A DNA stretch of 64,000 nt, from positions 123,194,001-123,258,000 of the forward strand of contig OX597820.1 of NCBI GenBank assembly GCA_951406725.2. Direction: 5' to 3'. The notes beneath the pieces were generated by a model that was given only the letters and a program-made list of their open reading frames with translations, was not told the origin of the DNA and did not search any database. The position numbers and the translations under genes are program-made. The stretch's first letter is position 1, and the number at the start of each line of letters is the position of its first letter. Origin of the DNA: Octopus vulgaris (Eukaryota). Positions 39,594 through 51,720 of the stretch are shown one piece after another.

Positions 39594-39830
39594 TTATTCC
39601 CTGTCATTCTAGCAGCCGTAACTAAATAGATCAAGTGAGGTTGTCGAAAGTGAGCAAGTGAGAGGGTCGTGGACAGGAGGGCTGTATCATTGGTGTTCCA
39701 CCCTCGTGTTCTTCCTCTCAACTTCTCCAGAATTGACGAAAGCTGTGTGAATGTAGTCATCGCGATGGAAACATCTCGAAACGATGTTATCTGCTTCGTA
39801 TTGACATCGATTGGAAAAAGGGAAAACAAC
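39594..39830 (-). CDS. Candidate host exon (unassigned)
   Basis: Unique-looking sequence with tttAG|G acceptor, AA|GTAAGC donor and one open frame (LFSLFPIDVNTKQ...HLIYLVTAARMTGN). Confidence 0.25.
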
Positions 39831-40288
39831 CTAAACTATTAAGTTCTGTTGTGTAGAAAGGAAACGATTCAATGTATCCATCAGAAAAGGGCAGATCCTT
39901 GGCGTACGGCACGACAAAAATTGGGTATAGAGTAGTTTATAATTATTTGCTATTTCAAAGTAATGGCAAGAGTTGTGTTTCTTGTCGATTAAGGGAGGTA
40001 ATTTGAAGTGTTTGGCACTTTCCCCAACGTTGATTGTTAGAGTTACCTCCCTTACTGTATGATTTATATTTTTTAATTTTTATGTGAGATTTTTACGTTG
40101 AAATATCGTAAACGTGTCTTAAATTTGGCAGGTATAATATATGGACCCAGGGGTATAGAAGTGAAATCGACTCAGACGAAAATTGAACTCGGAACATAAA
40201 GTCTGTCCAAATACAACTAACTCATATCTTTCGTTATACACACACGCAAACATACTTGTGTGTGTGTGGATCTCTTTCTCTCTCTCCT

Positions 40289-40338
<50 letters not shown>

Positions 40339-40452
40339 TAGGATAAAATCTTAATAAGAAATCTTAATAAGAAATTATCAGGTGGTTTCTCATAAGAGAA
40401 AAAAATCTGTAAATTTTTTCACTTGATATATTTCATGATATATTTTGAATTC

Positions 40453-40516
40453 GTTTCACTGAAGAGCAAGAGACGTAGATGATACGTTAATTGCGAAATC
40501 ACAGGTGATCTGGAAC
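40453..40516 (+). ncRNA. Complete canonical type I hammerhead ribozyme
   Basis: gtttca-CTGAAGA-gcaa...(acgta-gatga-tacgt)...ttgc-GAAA-tcac-ag-gtga-TC-tggaac; all core bases intact; predicted AUC cleavage after 40510. Confidence 0.85.
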
Positions 40517-40637
40517 TAAATTCTGTTTTTAAATGTCTTGCTTTGAGAGCTGCATTCGGTTCGATTTGTTTATTTTTGGTAGTTATGACTTTAAAAGTCC
40601 CTCCTAGCGTGTGGCATTTATGTGTAATAATGCCCTC

Positions 40638-40747
<110 letters not shown>

Positions 40748-40786
40748 TTATATATATATATATGTGTGTGTGTGTGTATATATATA

Positions 40787-40817
<31 letters not shown>

Positions 40818-41121
40818 GTATCTGCATGTGTGTGTGTGTGCGTAGTGTTTGCATGAAGTTGTGTGTATGCGTGTACCTCTGTGTGATGGGCGTTGTATAC
40901 GTGCACTTGTGTGTAGTGCGTGTGTATCCATGTGTATGTATGTGTGTTTGGGTGAGGTTTAGAGTTAGTTGTCTTTGCGTCTCGTACACGATTACTTCGA
41001 CATAAGTCCACCTTGTTCGTCTTACACCTGCTGTTTGCCATTCACTTTGTCACCTCCATCTCTGTACTTTACTCTTTTCTTTCCTGATAAGCCTTGTTCC
41101 TTTCGTGTGTGCATAATTCAA

Positions 41122-41527
41122 GATATATAATGAATAAACAAACACAACATACCAAGCGAACAGCTATCGCATCAAGCGCAGCATGTACGGATGTTTATCC
41201 CTTACACATCTATGTAAATGGCGGGCTTTATTTATTTTAGTAGTTTTGACTTTAAGAGTCCCTCCTAGCGTGAGGCATCTATGTGTAATAGTGCCCTCTA
41301 TATAATATAAATAAATAAATAAATTTAAAAGGAAAAAATTGATGTTTTTTTTTTTCTCTTATGAGGTTTTTCACGCTAACTACTTGATAAATTCTTATGA
41401 AGAGTTTATCCTATTTTTAAATTGTAAACTTTTACATAGATGTGTAAGGGATAAACATTCCTACATGGTTCACTGGATACGATAGCTGTTCGCTTGGTAT
41501 GTTGTTTTTGTTTATTCATTATATATC
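41122..41527. repeat. Inverted repeat (41122-41218 / 41431-41527) enclosing direct and inverted copies of pieces of the HHR module at 40335-40645
   Basis: 41228-41306 repeats 40570-40645 directly; ~41345-41420 is the inverse of ~40335-40405. Confidence 0.8.
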
Positions 41528-41854
41528 CAAATGGACAGCAAATATCGAAGGAAGGAGGATTCTACAGACTTACCAAGGTCTTTTTAGCAAGGGAACTAAA
41601 GTACCAACCCCATGGCTTGTGGGTTTGTGTATGGAGGTATGTGTGTCAATGGTGGGTAAATGTTGTTCCCAGTCTGTAAGGGTAGGCGATTTTCTTTGAG
41701 CATTGTAAAGAATGGTCTTCCTGAACTGCGGCAGTACAGTTATGAGTGAATTACTTGAAGGATTTGGGATTATGAGTTTTAGTTGTGGGAGTCATGTGGG
41801 AAAACATGTGGGGAAAATGTTTTTCTAAAATGGATTTGTCAGAGAAGAAAGAGC

Positions 41855-42465
41855 GGATCTTTTCCTTTTGAACGGCACATGTCAACACAATTTCTAGTTA
41901 ACTAAACACTTTTAAACTTCGTATAAAACATCATTTTTTCTTGGCTTTATTGAGAAAATTCTATATGTTGTAACATGTTTCCACTTTAATTTCAAGCATT
42001 TCGGCAATTTTAACCAATCGCTGACCTCCATTTGGGGTGAAAACATTCCGTGCTGTATGAATATGTCCCTCGTTTAAGAAACAGATTGGGTTTATTTACA
42101 TTTGCGAAGAAAAAAAGATACCCTTCTCCACCCCTAACCCTAACTCTAACCCTAAATCTAAAATAGATTGAAATGCAATAGATCGATACTAGGGATATAA
42201 TTATGGGTGACAATTTCATACGACACCGCTACGGAAAATGGGATTTTTTTCTAGCGGTTTTCACCCCAAATGGAGGTCAGCGATTGGTTAAAAATGCCGA
42301 AATGCTCGAAATTTCAAACGAAATATTTTACAAACTATAGAATTTTCTCAATAAAACCAAGAGAAAAAGATGTTTTATAAACACATTCTACCAGTATACG
42401 AAGTTTAAAACATTTTAGTTTCCTAGAAATTATGTTACAAAGTGCCATTCAAAAGGAAAAGATCC
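41855..42465. mobile_element. Fold-back variant of the telomeric-repeat MITE (copy 8), flanked by a 40-bp duplication
   Basis: Variant TIR ggatcttttccttttgaacggcac; ~190-bp arms inverted (41855-42040 / 42260-42465); 41815-41854 repeated at 42466-42505 with 1 mismatch. Confidence 0.88.
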
Positions 42466-42966
42466 AAATGTTTTTCTAAAATGGCTTTGTCAGAGAAGAA
42501 AGAGCAGTGTCTGTCTTGGGGTGAGATGTGGGAGTTAACTGCAGGTGACAGAGTGGTAGTCTGTAATCAAGGGTTAAGTGGTAGTGTTAAATAAATCACT
42601 GAAGGAGAAGAACAGTCCGTCCAAAAAGATTCTACAATTTCTGGATGCTGACACTGAAAGGTAACCATAACCACAGCAGAAGACTAGGGATGATATGAAA
42701 GTGATGAGGTCACAGAACAATCAAGTCTCTTAAATGAGATGACAGAGGGTTAGAATAGGTGGTGATATGGAGTACAGCAGATCAGTCAACTCATACCTGC
42801 ATGGAAATTACAGGTAAAAATGATGTCTTCAGTATATAAAAGCAAACAAAGCAAACTTGTAAAGAATATTGCTAATTATGCATTTCTGGTAGTAACGATT
42901 CTAATTGATTATGTAATTAGAATATTTCTTCAAACTGCAACAAATGTAAAACTATAAAGAAATAAG

Positions 42967-44031
42967 GGATCTTTTCGGTTTGAACGGCAGTATATTTTTG
43001 CTCTCAAAAAAGTTAGATGCTAGTTCTGATGTGCATTATTTGTATGTAATAATAATGAAATTATTGTATACAGTGCTCAGGTGCACCACAACTTGTCAGA
43101 GTATATGCAGTAATGTACAAATGTCTGGAAAGCGAACAATGCATGAGTCAGATACACTCTTGTGTGCGTATGGAGGGGAGAAAATCAGGTGTAGTGTTGG
43201 CGAATCTCAGAAAGCATGGAAGTTTTGAAGGATGCAGTGCTCCGACAACTAACAACTGATGCTGGCAGTTTGTTCCATGCTTCAGCAACTCTCAGCGTGA
43301 AAAAATGTTTCCTGAAGTCATGGGAGCTGTGCTGTTTTCTGACTTTGTAAATATGTCCGCGGGTGTTAGATGGGTGGAGTTTGAAAAGGTGCGCAGAGTT
43401 ATTGTTTGTACGATGGTTGATAATTTTATGGGTGTCTGCCAAGTCAGCTGCCAGACGTCAGAGTTTCAATGGAAGGGACACTGTCAGGGCTGGTGGTCTT
43501 GTTGGTTTGAAGTAACTGGAGGCATTTCCATACAGGGCATGTATAAGTCTGGTGGAGTGGAGAAAAGGACAACTCTGGAAGAGATGGTTACCTTTCAGGT
43601 GTCAACATCCAGAATTTGTAGAATCTGTTTGGATGAGAGCAAAAATAAAATAAATTAAAATAATTTTCACGTAACTAAACACTTTTGAACTTTGTATACT
43701 GGTAAAACATCTTTTTCTCTTGGCTTTATTGAGAAAATTCTATAGTTTGTAAAATATTTGTTGTTTTACTTCTTCAATTTCTGCAATTTCAACCAATCAA
43801 TGATGTCTATTGAGGTGAGAACATTCTGTGCTGTATGAATATGTCCCTCGTTTAAGAAACAGATTGGGTTTATTTAAATTTCTGAAGAAAAAAAAGATAC
43901 CCTTCCCTCCACTCCTAACCCTAACCCTAAAACAGATAGAAATGCAATAGATCGATACTAGGGTCATAATTATGGGTGACAATTTTATATGACACCACTA
44001 GAAAAAACTGCCATTCAAACCGAAAAGATCT
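42967..44031. mobile_element. Telomeric-repeat MITE, copy 9, interrupted by a LINE fragment
   Basis: 8-bp TSD gaaataag at 42959-42966 and 44032-44039. Confidence 0.85.
43030..43640 (-). pseudogene. CR1-type LINE 3' end nested inside the MITE
   Basis: LFKLHPSNTRGHIYKVRKQHSSHDFRKHFFTLRVAEAWNKLPASVV...FKT is a typical CR1 ORF2 C-terminus. Confidence 0.85.
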
Positions 44032-44327
44032 GAAATAAGTAGATCAGGAGGGAACCTTCAACAATAATGTTACATATTTACTTATGTTAACTTCATTATC
44101 AAGCAGTCTGGTTCAGCCAATTATTTCATCTGTTGACATACGTAACACTTCTTCTCCAAGCACTTCCTGGAAGGCAATTACATTTCAATGAGATAAGATT
44201 CTTGAATGAATATGTATAAGTACGTACTTGATGAGAACATGCTTAAACAAAGAATTAGAAACAAATAGTTTGATTTCTTCTTTTTTTTTATTTGTATATC
44301 ATATATTTCCTTTAAAATATACAAATA

Positions 44328-44890
44328 GGCGCAGGAGTGGCTGTGTGGTAAGTAGCTTGCTAACCAACCACATGGTTCAGGGTTCAGTCCCACTGTGTGG
44401 CACCTTGGGCAAGTGTCTTCTACTATAGCCCCGTGCCGACCAATGCCTTGTGAGTGGATTTGGTAGATGGAAACTGAAAGAAGCCCGTCGTATATATGTG
44501 TATATATATGTGTGTGTGTGTGTTTGTGTGTCTGTGTTTGTCCCCCTAGCATTGCTTGACAACCGATGCTGGTGTGTTTATGTCCCCGTCACTTAGCGGT
44601 TCGGCAAAAGAGACCGATAGAATAAGTCCTTGGGTCTAGTTGCTCGACTAAAGGCAGTGCTCCAGCATGACCGCAGTCAAATGACTGAAACAAGTAAAAG
44701 AGTAAAAAGAGAGTAAAAGAGTAAAAAGAGAGTAAAAGAGTAAAAAGAGAGTAAAAGAGTAAAAAGAGAGTAAAAGAGTAAAAAGAGAGTAAAAGAGTAA
44801 AAGAGTAAAAGAGTAAAAAGAGAGTAAAAGAGTAAAAAGAGAGTAAAAGAGTAAAAAGAGAGTAAAAGAGTAAAAAGAGAGTAAAAGAGT
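44328..44890 (+). mobile_element. tRNA-derived SINE with ~190-bp expanded (GAGTAAAA/GAGTAAAAAGA)n tail
   Basis: A box tggctgtgtgg, B box ggttcagtccc, internal (TA)(TG) tract; tail repeat at ~44695-44890. Confidence 0.9.
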
Positions 44891-46424
44891 ATATAGTTAT
44901 TGAATTCAATGAAAAAGAAAACAAGAGTTACAAACAAGTTCCTCACCATCGCCATTTATCATCCGTTTTCTATGCTGGAATGGGTCGGATGGTTTGATAG
45001 GAGCTGGTAACCAAGAGAGCTGTACTAGGCTCCATGTCTGTTTAGGCATAGCTTCTATGGCTAGATGCCCTCCCTAACACCAACCACTTTACAGAGTGTA
45101 CTGGGTGCTTTTTACAAGGTACCAGCAAGTTATGTATACAAAAAAAAAAACCCAGTAAAAAATGGTCCCATAAGATTAAGTAAATGTCTGGTGAAGTAAA
45201 TGTCTAAGAGAAGACATGGCTTTCTTCGCAATCCTCCTCCTCTTTTCTTCTGTGAGATTACACAATTTGATGACTGAATATCACTTGTAACTCTGTAAAC
45301 ATTAAATTTCTTGCTTTGATGTGCTTCAGAAATCCTCATTAAGTAAAGGATTGGCAGAATTTAGTGCCACACAAAATATTTTTCTTCTTTTCTATGGTTT
45401 TAGAAAAGGAGTGTTAATGTTAGCAGTGAGGACAATCAATGTGTGTGTGTGGTCTGTCTGTGTGTCTTAGGTCAACTTTGTTTTTCATTCTTCTGGAGTT
45501 GATAAAATGCACTACTAACCCCTTCTTACAAATTTCTGATAAATTGTGCCTATGTAAAAAAGAAATCAATATCATTAGAAAGTGGTGTGACAAAATTCCA
45601 CTACATATCCAAAGACCTAGTATTCATTAACTACGCTAATAATAAGTTTTATAGATTGTTACAAAAACATTTGATTTCAGAATGAAATGAGACATAACTA
45701 GCAACATAGAAGGGAGTGGGGGTGGGTAGAGCAGCTTCAGTTAACCTTGTTTTGGGACTGGATTTTATTAATCTCTACAGGATTTGAACTTTAAACATAA
45801 GGTTATGTAACAAAATACTGCAAGGCAAGTAGTTTCAGGTTCAGTCCCACTGCATGGCACCTTCTGCAAGTGCCTTCTACTATGGTCCTTGTAAGCAAAG
45901 CCTTTTATCTTTTTCAGTCATTTGACTGCAGTTATGCTGGGGCATCACCTCGAAAGGTTTTAGTCAAAAGCCTAGTATTTATTCAGTTGGTCTATTTTGC
46001 TGAACCGTTAAGTTATGGGGACATAAACACACCAACACTGGTTGTCAATTGGTGGTTGGAGACAAACACAGACACAAAGAAACAAACATGAAAAAACCTG
46101 AAAACGTTTGCCTGTGTGTGTACAAGAGAGAAGACTGCACTGGTGTGATCATGTGATGTGCAGTGGATATGACAGTTGCATAACGAAGTGCCAGCAATTA
46201 AATGCAGAAAGAGCTGTGGAACGAAGAAGTGAAGTAGTCATCTTCTCTGAGTTGAGTGTCACGGGGGTGGATGACAAAAGCACCAAGATGACAGGTGATT
46301 TGCTGTTCTTGAGAACACCTGTCCATTTCATATAATTTGTCCCTGCACCTAATCTGTCCCTGACATACCTCTTCCCTACAACTCATTCTCCTAACACCAC
46401 TCCTATTCACCATAGTCTTTCAGG

Positions 46425-47118
46425 TTATAACAGAAGAGTTTAAGGTTGGCTGCCAATGGCAACTCCACTATGCTGGTATACAGTCACCGGAAGTAACTTG
46501 CATGGACGCCGGAAATACATCTACCATCACCAGAGAAAACAAAGCAACTACCCCCAGTGACTTGCCTGACCTTACATTGGACAAAAGCTACCTACCTGCC
46601 ATTCTATTGGACACTGGCTAAACATCACTGCTGATATTTTTGTATAAATAGACATCATAAATCGCTGTAAAGGCAGTTGGCTTTTTGGCTTTTTGGATGT
46701 AAATCGTGTCCCTCTCGCCTGCCACACTCGCCACTCACGCCGCCTCGAACCTTTGTACTGCTATTTCATGCCTGAAATAAATTGCTGTATAAACTTACAC
46801 CTCTTGTCTGCTCGTCATTTCAACTACTGCTTTCGTCTGACCAGTTTTGCTGATTTCGACCACAGTCCTTTTCAGGGCTAATTCAAGTCTGATCTGAATG
46901 CGATAACAGTCCTTTTTAGGACTACTCTCAGATCCGACCTAATTACAATAACAGTCCTTTTTAGGACTACTCTCAGACCCGATCTAATTACGATAACAGT
47001 CCTTTTTAGGATTATTCTTGGATCGGATCTAATTGCGATAACCGTCCTTTTAAGGGCTACCCTCAGATCAGACCAGAAGTAGTGGCCAAGCATCATACCC
47101 GCTACACTGGTGACCGAG
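46425..47118 (+). mobile_element. Putative LTR with adjacent primer-binding site
   Basis: TATAAATA at ~46645, AATAAA at ~46776, ends ...gctaCA followed by c-TGGTGACCGA (PBS-like); 5' boundary uncertain. Confidence 0.55.
46862..47074 (+). repeat. 45-bp tandem repeat x ~4.7, each unit with an AGTCCT-TTTT-AGGACT hairpin
   Basis: Units start at 46862, 46906, 46951, 46996 and 47041. Confidence 0.9.
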
Positions 47119-47449
47119 TTCCTATAGCCAAAGAAGATTTCAACATCATCATCAACATCTAACATTCATTGTCCATGCTGGCATGGGTTGGACAGTTTAA
47201 CCAGGGCTGGCAAGCTGGAAGACTGCACCAGACTCCATTCTGATTTAGCATGGTTTCTATGGCTGGATGCCCTTCCTAATGCCAACCACTCCAAGAGTGT
47301 AATGGCTGCTTTTACGTGCATCACATGGCCAGACCAGTGGTCTTCTCTCTTGCACACTACATTTCATTCCTCTTATACCAAACTTTTCTCTCAATACACT
47401 TGTACTCTGCCATTGCACATCCAACAGAGGATTGTAAACTGTTAAAAAG

Positions 47450-47870
47450 GTAAAGCAGATACACAGCAGAGGATATTACAGAGAATCAAATTGTCAGACC
47501 AGGTAGCGAGAGTTATTGAGTTAATATTACAAGATTAATTAGGAACAAGTCTAAATGAGATGTGATTGGGCTTTATACCAGGAACAGGTACAATTAATAT
47601 CATCTTCCTAATGAGATTACAGCAAAAGAAGAGCTTAGTAGTAAGCCTGTATACGTAACATTCATAGAGCTGGAGAAGAACTTTGATAGTTTGGTCATCA
47701 GGTGGTTCTTAAGGAAATGAAGAGTAGAAGAATGGCTTGTGCAGCTGTACAGGCTATGTACAGAGGTGTAGTCAGCCAAGTGAGAGTTAACAAGGAGTAC
47801 AACAATAATACTTTAAGTGTGCAAGTTGGGACCCATCAAAACTTGGTCGTCAGCCATCTTCTGTTTATGG
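47450..47870 (+). pseudogene. Degenerate RTE RT fragment
   Basis: Frameshifted YR.IKL, GFIPGTGTINIIFLMRLQQK and FIELEKNFD-like motifs. Confidence 0.6.
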
Positions 47871-48234
47871 TCGTGTAGTTATGAAGTGTGCCTCCCCACC
47901 ATGTGGTTTCAGGTTTCGTCCCACTACTTGACACCTTGAGGAAGTGTCACCTAGAATGTACAGCAAAAAAACTAAGCCATTGCCTACAGTCCTCTACGGG
48001 TCAGATATTAGGGATGTGGAGCCACTAATATGGTCATGCACCCTAGAAATAAGTCCTGGGGTCGATTTGCTTGACTAAAGGCTGTGCTCCAGCATGGCTG
48101 CAGTCAAATGACTGAAACAAGTGAAGAGAGAGAGAGATTCATACTCTCATGCCTAGAAGCAGGCTGTTAACATGCTAGAAATAACAGCCAAATCTCACAA
48201 AACTGCATTAACATAATGTAAATAATCTACTCAC

Positions 48235-48348
48235 CTTTCTGCAAAGGTTTCTTTCAGAATCATTTCTCGTAGTAATATGACAAAGTAATTCAGGTGAAAT
48301 TAAAGTGGGTACTTTTTTAAAAACTTTTTCCAATTCCGTTTTTTCCAT
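48235..48348 (-). CDS. Candidate first coding exon (MEKTELEKVFKKVPTLISPELLCHITTRNDSERNLCRK)
   Basis: ATG at 48348, 38 open codons, consensus donor AAG|GTGAGT; no partner exon identified. Confidence 0.25.
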
Positions 48349-48649
48349 CAATTTACGTTGGAAAATACGGAGATTAAGAATATGAAATAAAACAGGCACA
48401 AATTTAAATTTAATCTTTTCAGAATTGTAATCATCGTATTTTTCTATGTTTTGAAAAAAATATATATATATTTCCGGAAAAAGTGAAAAATGAAGGGGAA
48501 GGGTATGAGGGGTAATAGATAGAAAGATAGGGAAACAGGTAGATAGACAGATAGGCAAATAGATAGATAGATAGATGAGGAGAGAGAAGATGAAATGGTT
48601 AACAAATAGGTAAGGAGGTAGGTAGTTAGAAGGACAAAGAGATATATTT

Positions 48650-48860
48650 CTCTACTGCCCACAAGGGCCTAAACATAGAGGGGACAGACAAAGGGATTAA
48701 GTCAATGACATCGACTTCACTGCGAAACTGGTACTTAATTTATCGACCCCGAAAGGATGAAAGGCAAAGTCGACTTCGGCAGAATTTGAACTCAGAACGT
48801 AATGGCAGACGAAATACGGCTACGCATTTCGCCCGGCGTGCTAACGTTTCTGCCAGCTCG
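48650..48860 (-). mobile_element. Nin/Deu-domain tRNA-derived SINE (degenerate relative at ~53030-53175)
   Basis: Minus strand gagctggcagaaacgttagc...gagttcaaattc...gcctttcatcctttcggggtcgataaattaagtaccag, the Nin/Deu central-domain motif. Confidence 0.75.
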
Positions 48861-49010
48861 AGATAGATAGACAGACATACACATTGCTAGCAAGACTATG
48901 GGGAGATAGAAATTCAGAGAAACACATAGAAAGGGAGAGAGAGACAAAGAGATAGATAGATAGAGAAATACATAGATGGATATGTATTTGAGATTATGCA
49001 TAATGATATA

Positions 49011-49403
49011 CTCTTTACTCTTTTACTTGTTTCAGTTATTTGACTGCGGCCATGCTGGAGCACCGCCTTTAGTCGAGCAAATCGACCCCGGGACTTATTC
49101 TTTGTAAGCCCAGTACTTATTCTATCGGTCTCTTTTGCCGAACCGCTAAGTGACGGGGACGTAAACACACCAGCATCGGTTGTCAAGCAATGCTAGGGGG
49201 ACAAACACAGACACACAAGCAGACACATACATATATATATATACATATATACGACAGGCTTCTTTCAGTTTCCGTCTACCAAATCCACTCACAAGGCATT
49301 GGTCGGCCCGGGGCTATAGCAGAAGACACTTGCCCAAGGTGCCACGCAGTGGGACTGAACCTGGAACCATGTGGTTGGTTAGCAACACAGCCACTCCTGC
49401 ACC
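49011..49403 (-). mobile_element. tRNA-derived SINE (abundant family)
   Basis: Family match. Confidence 0.9.
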
Positions 49404-49820
49404 ACTCCTATATAACAATTACCAATTAGCTAGCTTATGAGACAGATTGATTAATATAGTGATAGACAGTGAACCAGAGAAACAGACAGGTAAATGGAAA
49501 GAAAGGTTGGTAGAATGATAGACAAACAGACAGATAGAGATGAAGGGAAAGAGAGATAGAAGACAGACAGACTCTTTTAAGAAATAGCCTGACAAACATA
49601 AAAAAGATAAATGCATAGGCAGATGATTAGGGATAGAGATGAGGACAGGAATTCCGAAATACCCAGATAAAGAAACAGCATGATAACCTGATAGCTCAAC
49701 AGTTAGATGGACAAATAATTAGATTGATTGACTGATAAATAGATAGACAGGAAAAAGGTAGATAGATAGAGAATGATCAATATATGTATGGGTAGATAGG
49801 TCGATTAATAGCAAGATATA

Positions 49821-50230
49821 GGTGCAGGAGTGGCTGTGTGGTAAGTAGCTTGCTTACCAACCACATGGTTCCGGGTTCAGTCCCACTGCGTGGCACCTTG
49901 GGCAAGTGTCTTCTTCTATAGCCTCGGGCCGACCAAAGCCTTGTGAGTGGATTTGGTAGACGGAAACTGAAAGAAGCCCGTCGTATATATATATATATAT
50001 ATATATGTGTGCATGTGTGTTTGTATGTCTGTGTTTGTCCTCCTAGCATTGCTTGACAACCGATGCTGGTGTGTTTATGTCCCCGTCATTTAGCGGTTCG
50101 GCAAAAGAGACTGATAAAATAAGTACTGGGCTTACAAAGAATAAGTCCCAGGGGTCGAGTTGCTCGACTAAAGGCGGTGCTCCAGCATGGCTGCAGTCAA
50201 ATGACTGAAACAAGTAAAAGAGTAAAAGTA
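49821..50230 (+). mobile_element. tRNA-derived SINE (abundant family)
   Basis: Family match; opposite orientation to both neighbours. Confidence 0.9.
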
Positions 50231-50744
50231 AGTAATATATAGATAAACAGATTGATAGATAGATGACCAGAGAGAGAGAGACATACAGAGATATATATAG
50301 AGAGGAGCAGATAGGAAAACAGGCAAATGATCAGATAGGTAAAAAGATAGTGCCAGGGGGATAGGAATAGAGATAAAGAGAACAGTAGATATAGGTACTA
50401 CCAAATATTTAGAACTGGAAACAAAAGGATTTCCAGATAGATAGACTGATAGATAGCACAGAACTGTGAGTGGAATTCTCCTTCTTTCCATTTCTCTCTT
50501 ACCCTTCTTTATGTATTGTTCTTATTGTTTCTCATTCCTGTTTGTTATTTTGTACACAAATATTTTGATTGATTCTTCTATTGTTCATTGTATTATTTCT
50601 GCTTACTCATCACCCACCTTGTCCATTTTATATTTCTCACCTGTACTGCTCTTTGGAACGAAATAGCAGACTGAGCTGTTTTCTTACTGTCTATCTGTAC
50701 AGTAATAAAAATATTCTAAAGGTGGCAACTTTTGATTCTGTAAT

Positions 50745-51131
50745 ACTCTTTTACTTGTTTCAGTCATTTGACTGCGGCCATGCTGGAGCACCGCCTTTAA
50801 TCGAGCAATTCGACCCTGGGACTTATTCTTTTGTAAGCCCGGTACTTATTCTATCGGTCTCTTTTGCTGAACCGCAAAATAACAGGGACATAAACACACC
50901 AACATCGATTGTCAAGCAATGCTAGGGGGACAAACACAGATGCACAAACACACACACGCATATATATATATATACATATATACGACAGGCTTCCTTCAGT
51001 TTCCGTCTACCAAATCCCCTCACAAGGCTTTGGTCAGCCCGAGGCTATAGTAGAAGACACTTGCCCAAGGTGTCACGCAGTGGGACTGAACCCGGAACCA
51101 TGTGGTTGGTAAGCAAGCTACTTACCACACC
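50745..51131 (-). mobile_element. tRNA-derived SINE (abundant family)
   Basis: Family match. Confidence 0.9.
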
Positions 51132-51249
51132 GCAATTTTGAGAATTCTTCTTTTAATGTCAATTAGAATCTTATTTGTAGTTCTGCCATCCTTTCACCTG
51201 CACTCCGTCTTCAAAACTCGATTATATCAGGGACACATTGATATCCATT

Positions 51250-51720
51250 GAGAAGAGGAAGCTGTCTTGTTAACTTTCTTCTGATAGCCCTGCACGTCTT
51301 GTGTGTCCATAGCCTCTACTGGGTACACCTTAAGGAATTCTTGTCTACACTGTTTGCACATAGTGTTTTACCTTGGTCATTGCTAAGTCAAATTGAAGGC
51401 TCTTTCATTCCATGTTTTGCTTCCACACCTGGAATTTCTTTTCCACTGTGTTACAGATTCCACTATTGGAGTGAGACCATCAGCATATAGTAGTTCTTAG
51501 GGCAGGCAGTTTTGAAGTCCTCTGTTATGGCCTGCAGAATGATAATGAATGAGATGAGACTGAGAGCCGAGCCCTGATGAATACCTACCTGTACACTAAA
51601 TTTGTCATTGTACTCATGGTGAAATGTCTTGTTATTGATAGTACCCTTGTACATAGCCTGTGCAGATTTCACAAGCTATTTGTCTATATTTAACTTCCTC
51701 AAAAACCACCATATCTCTGA
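51250..51720 (-). pseudogene. RTE RT fragment
   Basis: FSVQVGIHQGSALSLISFIIILQAITEDFK corresponds to GxHQGSxLSPLLF. Confidence 0.75.

Noticed and set aside
46862-47074. CRISPR array
   Set aside because: The spacers are homologous to each other, there are no cas genes and the context is eukaryotic; it is a tandem repeat.
48290-48330. KKVPTLISPELL similarity to the fucose mutarotase N-terminus
   Set aside because: The following residues lack the MGHGD motif; the similarity is too short to name a gene.
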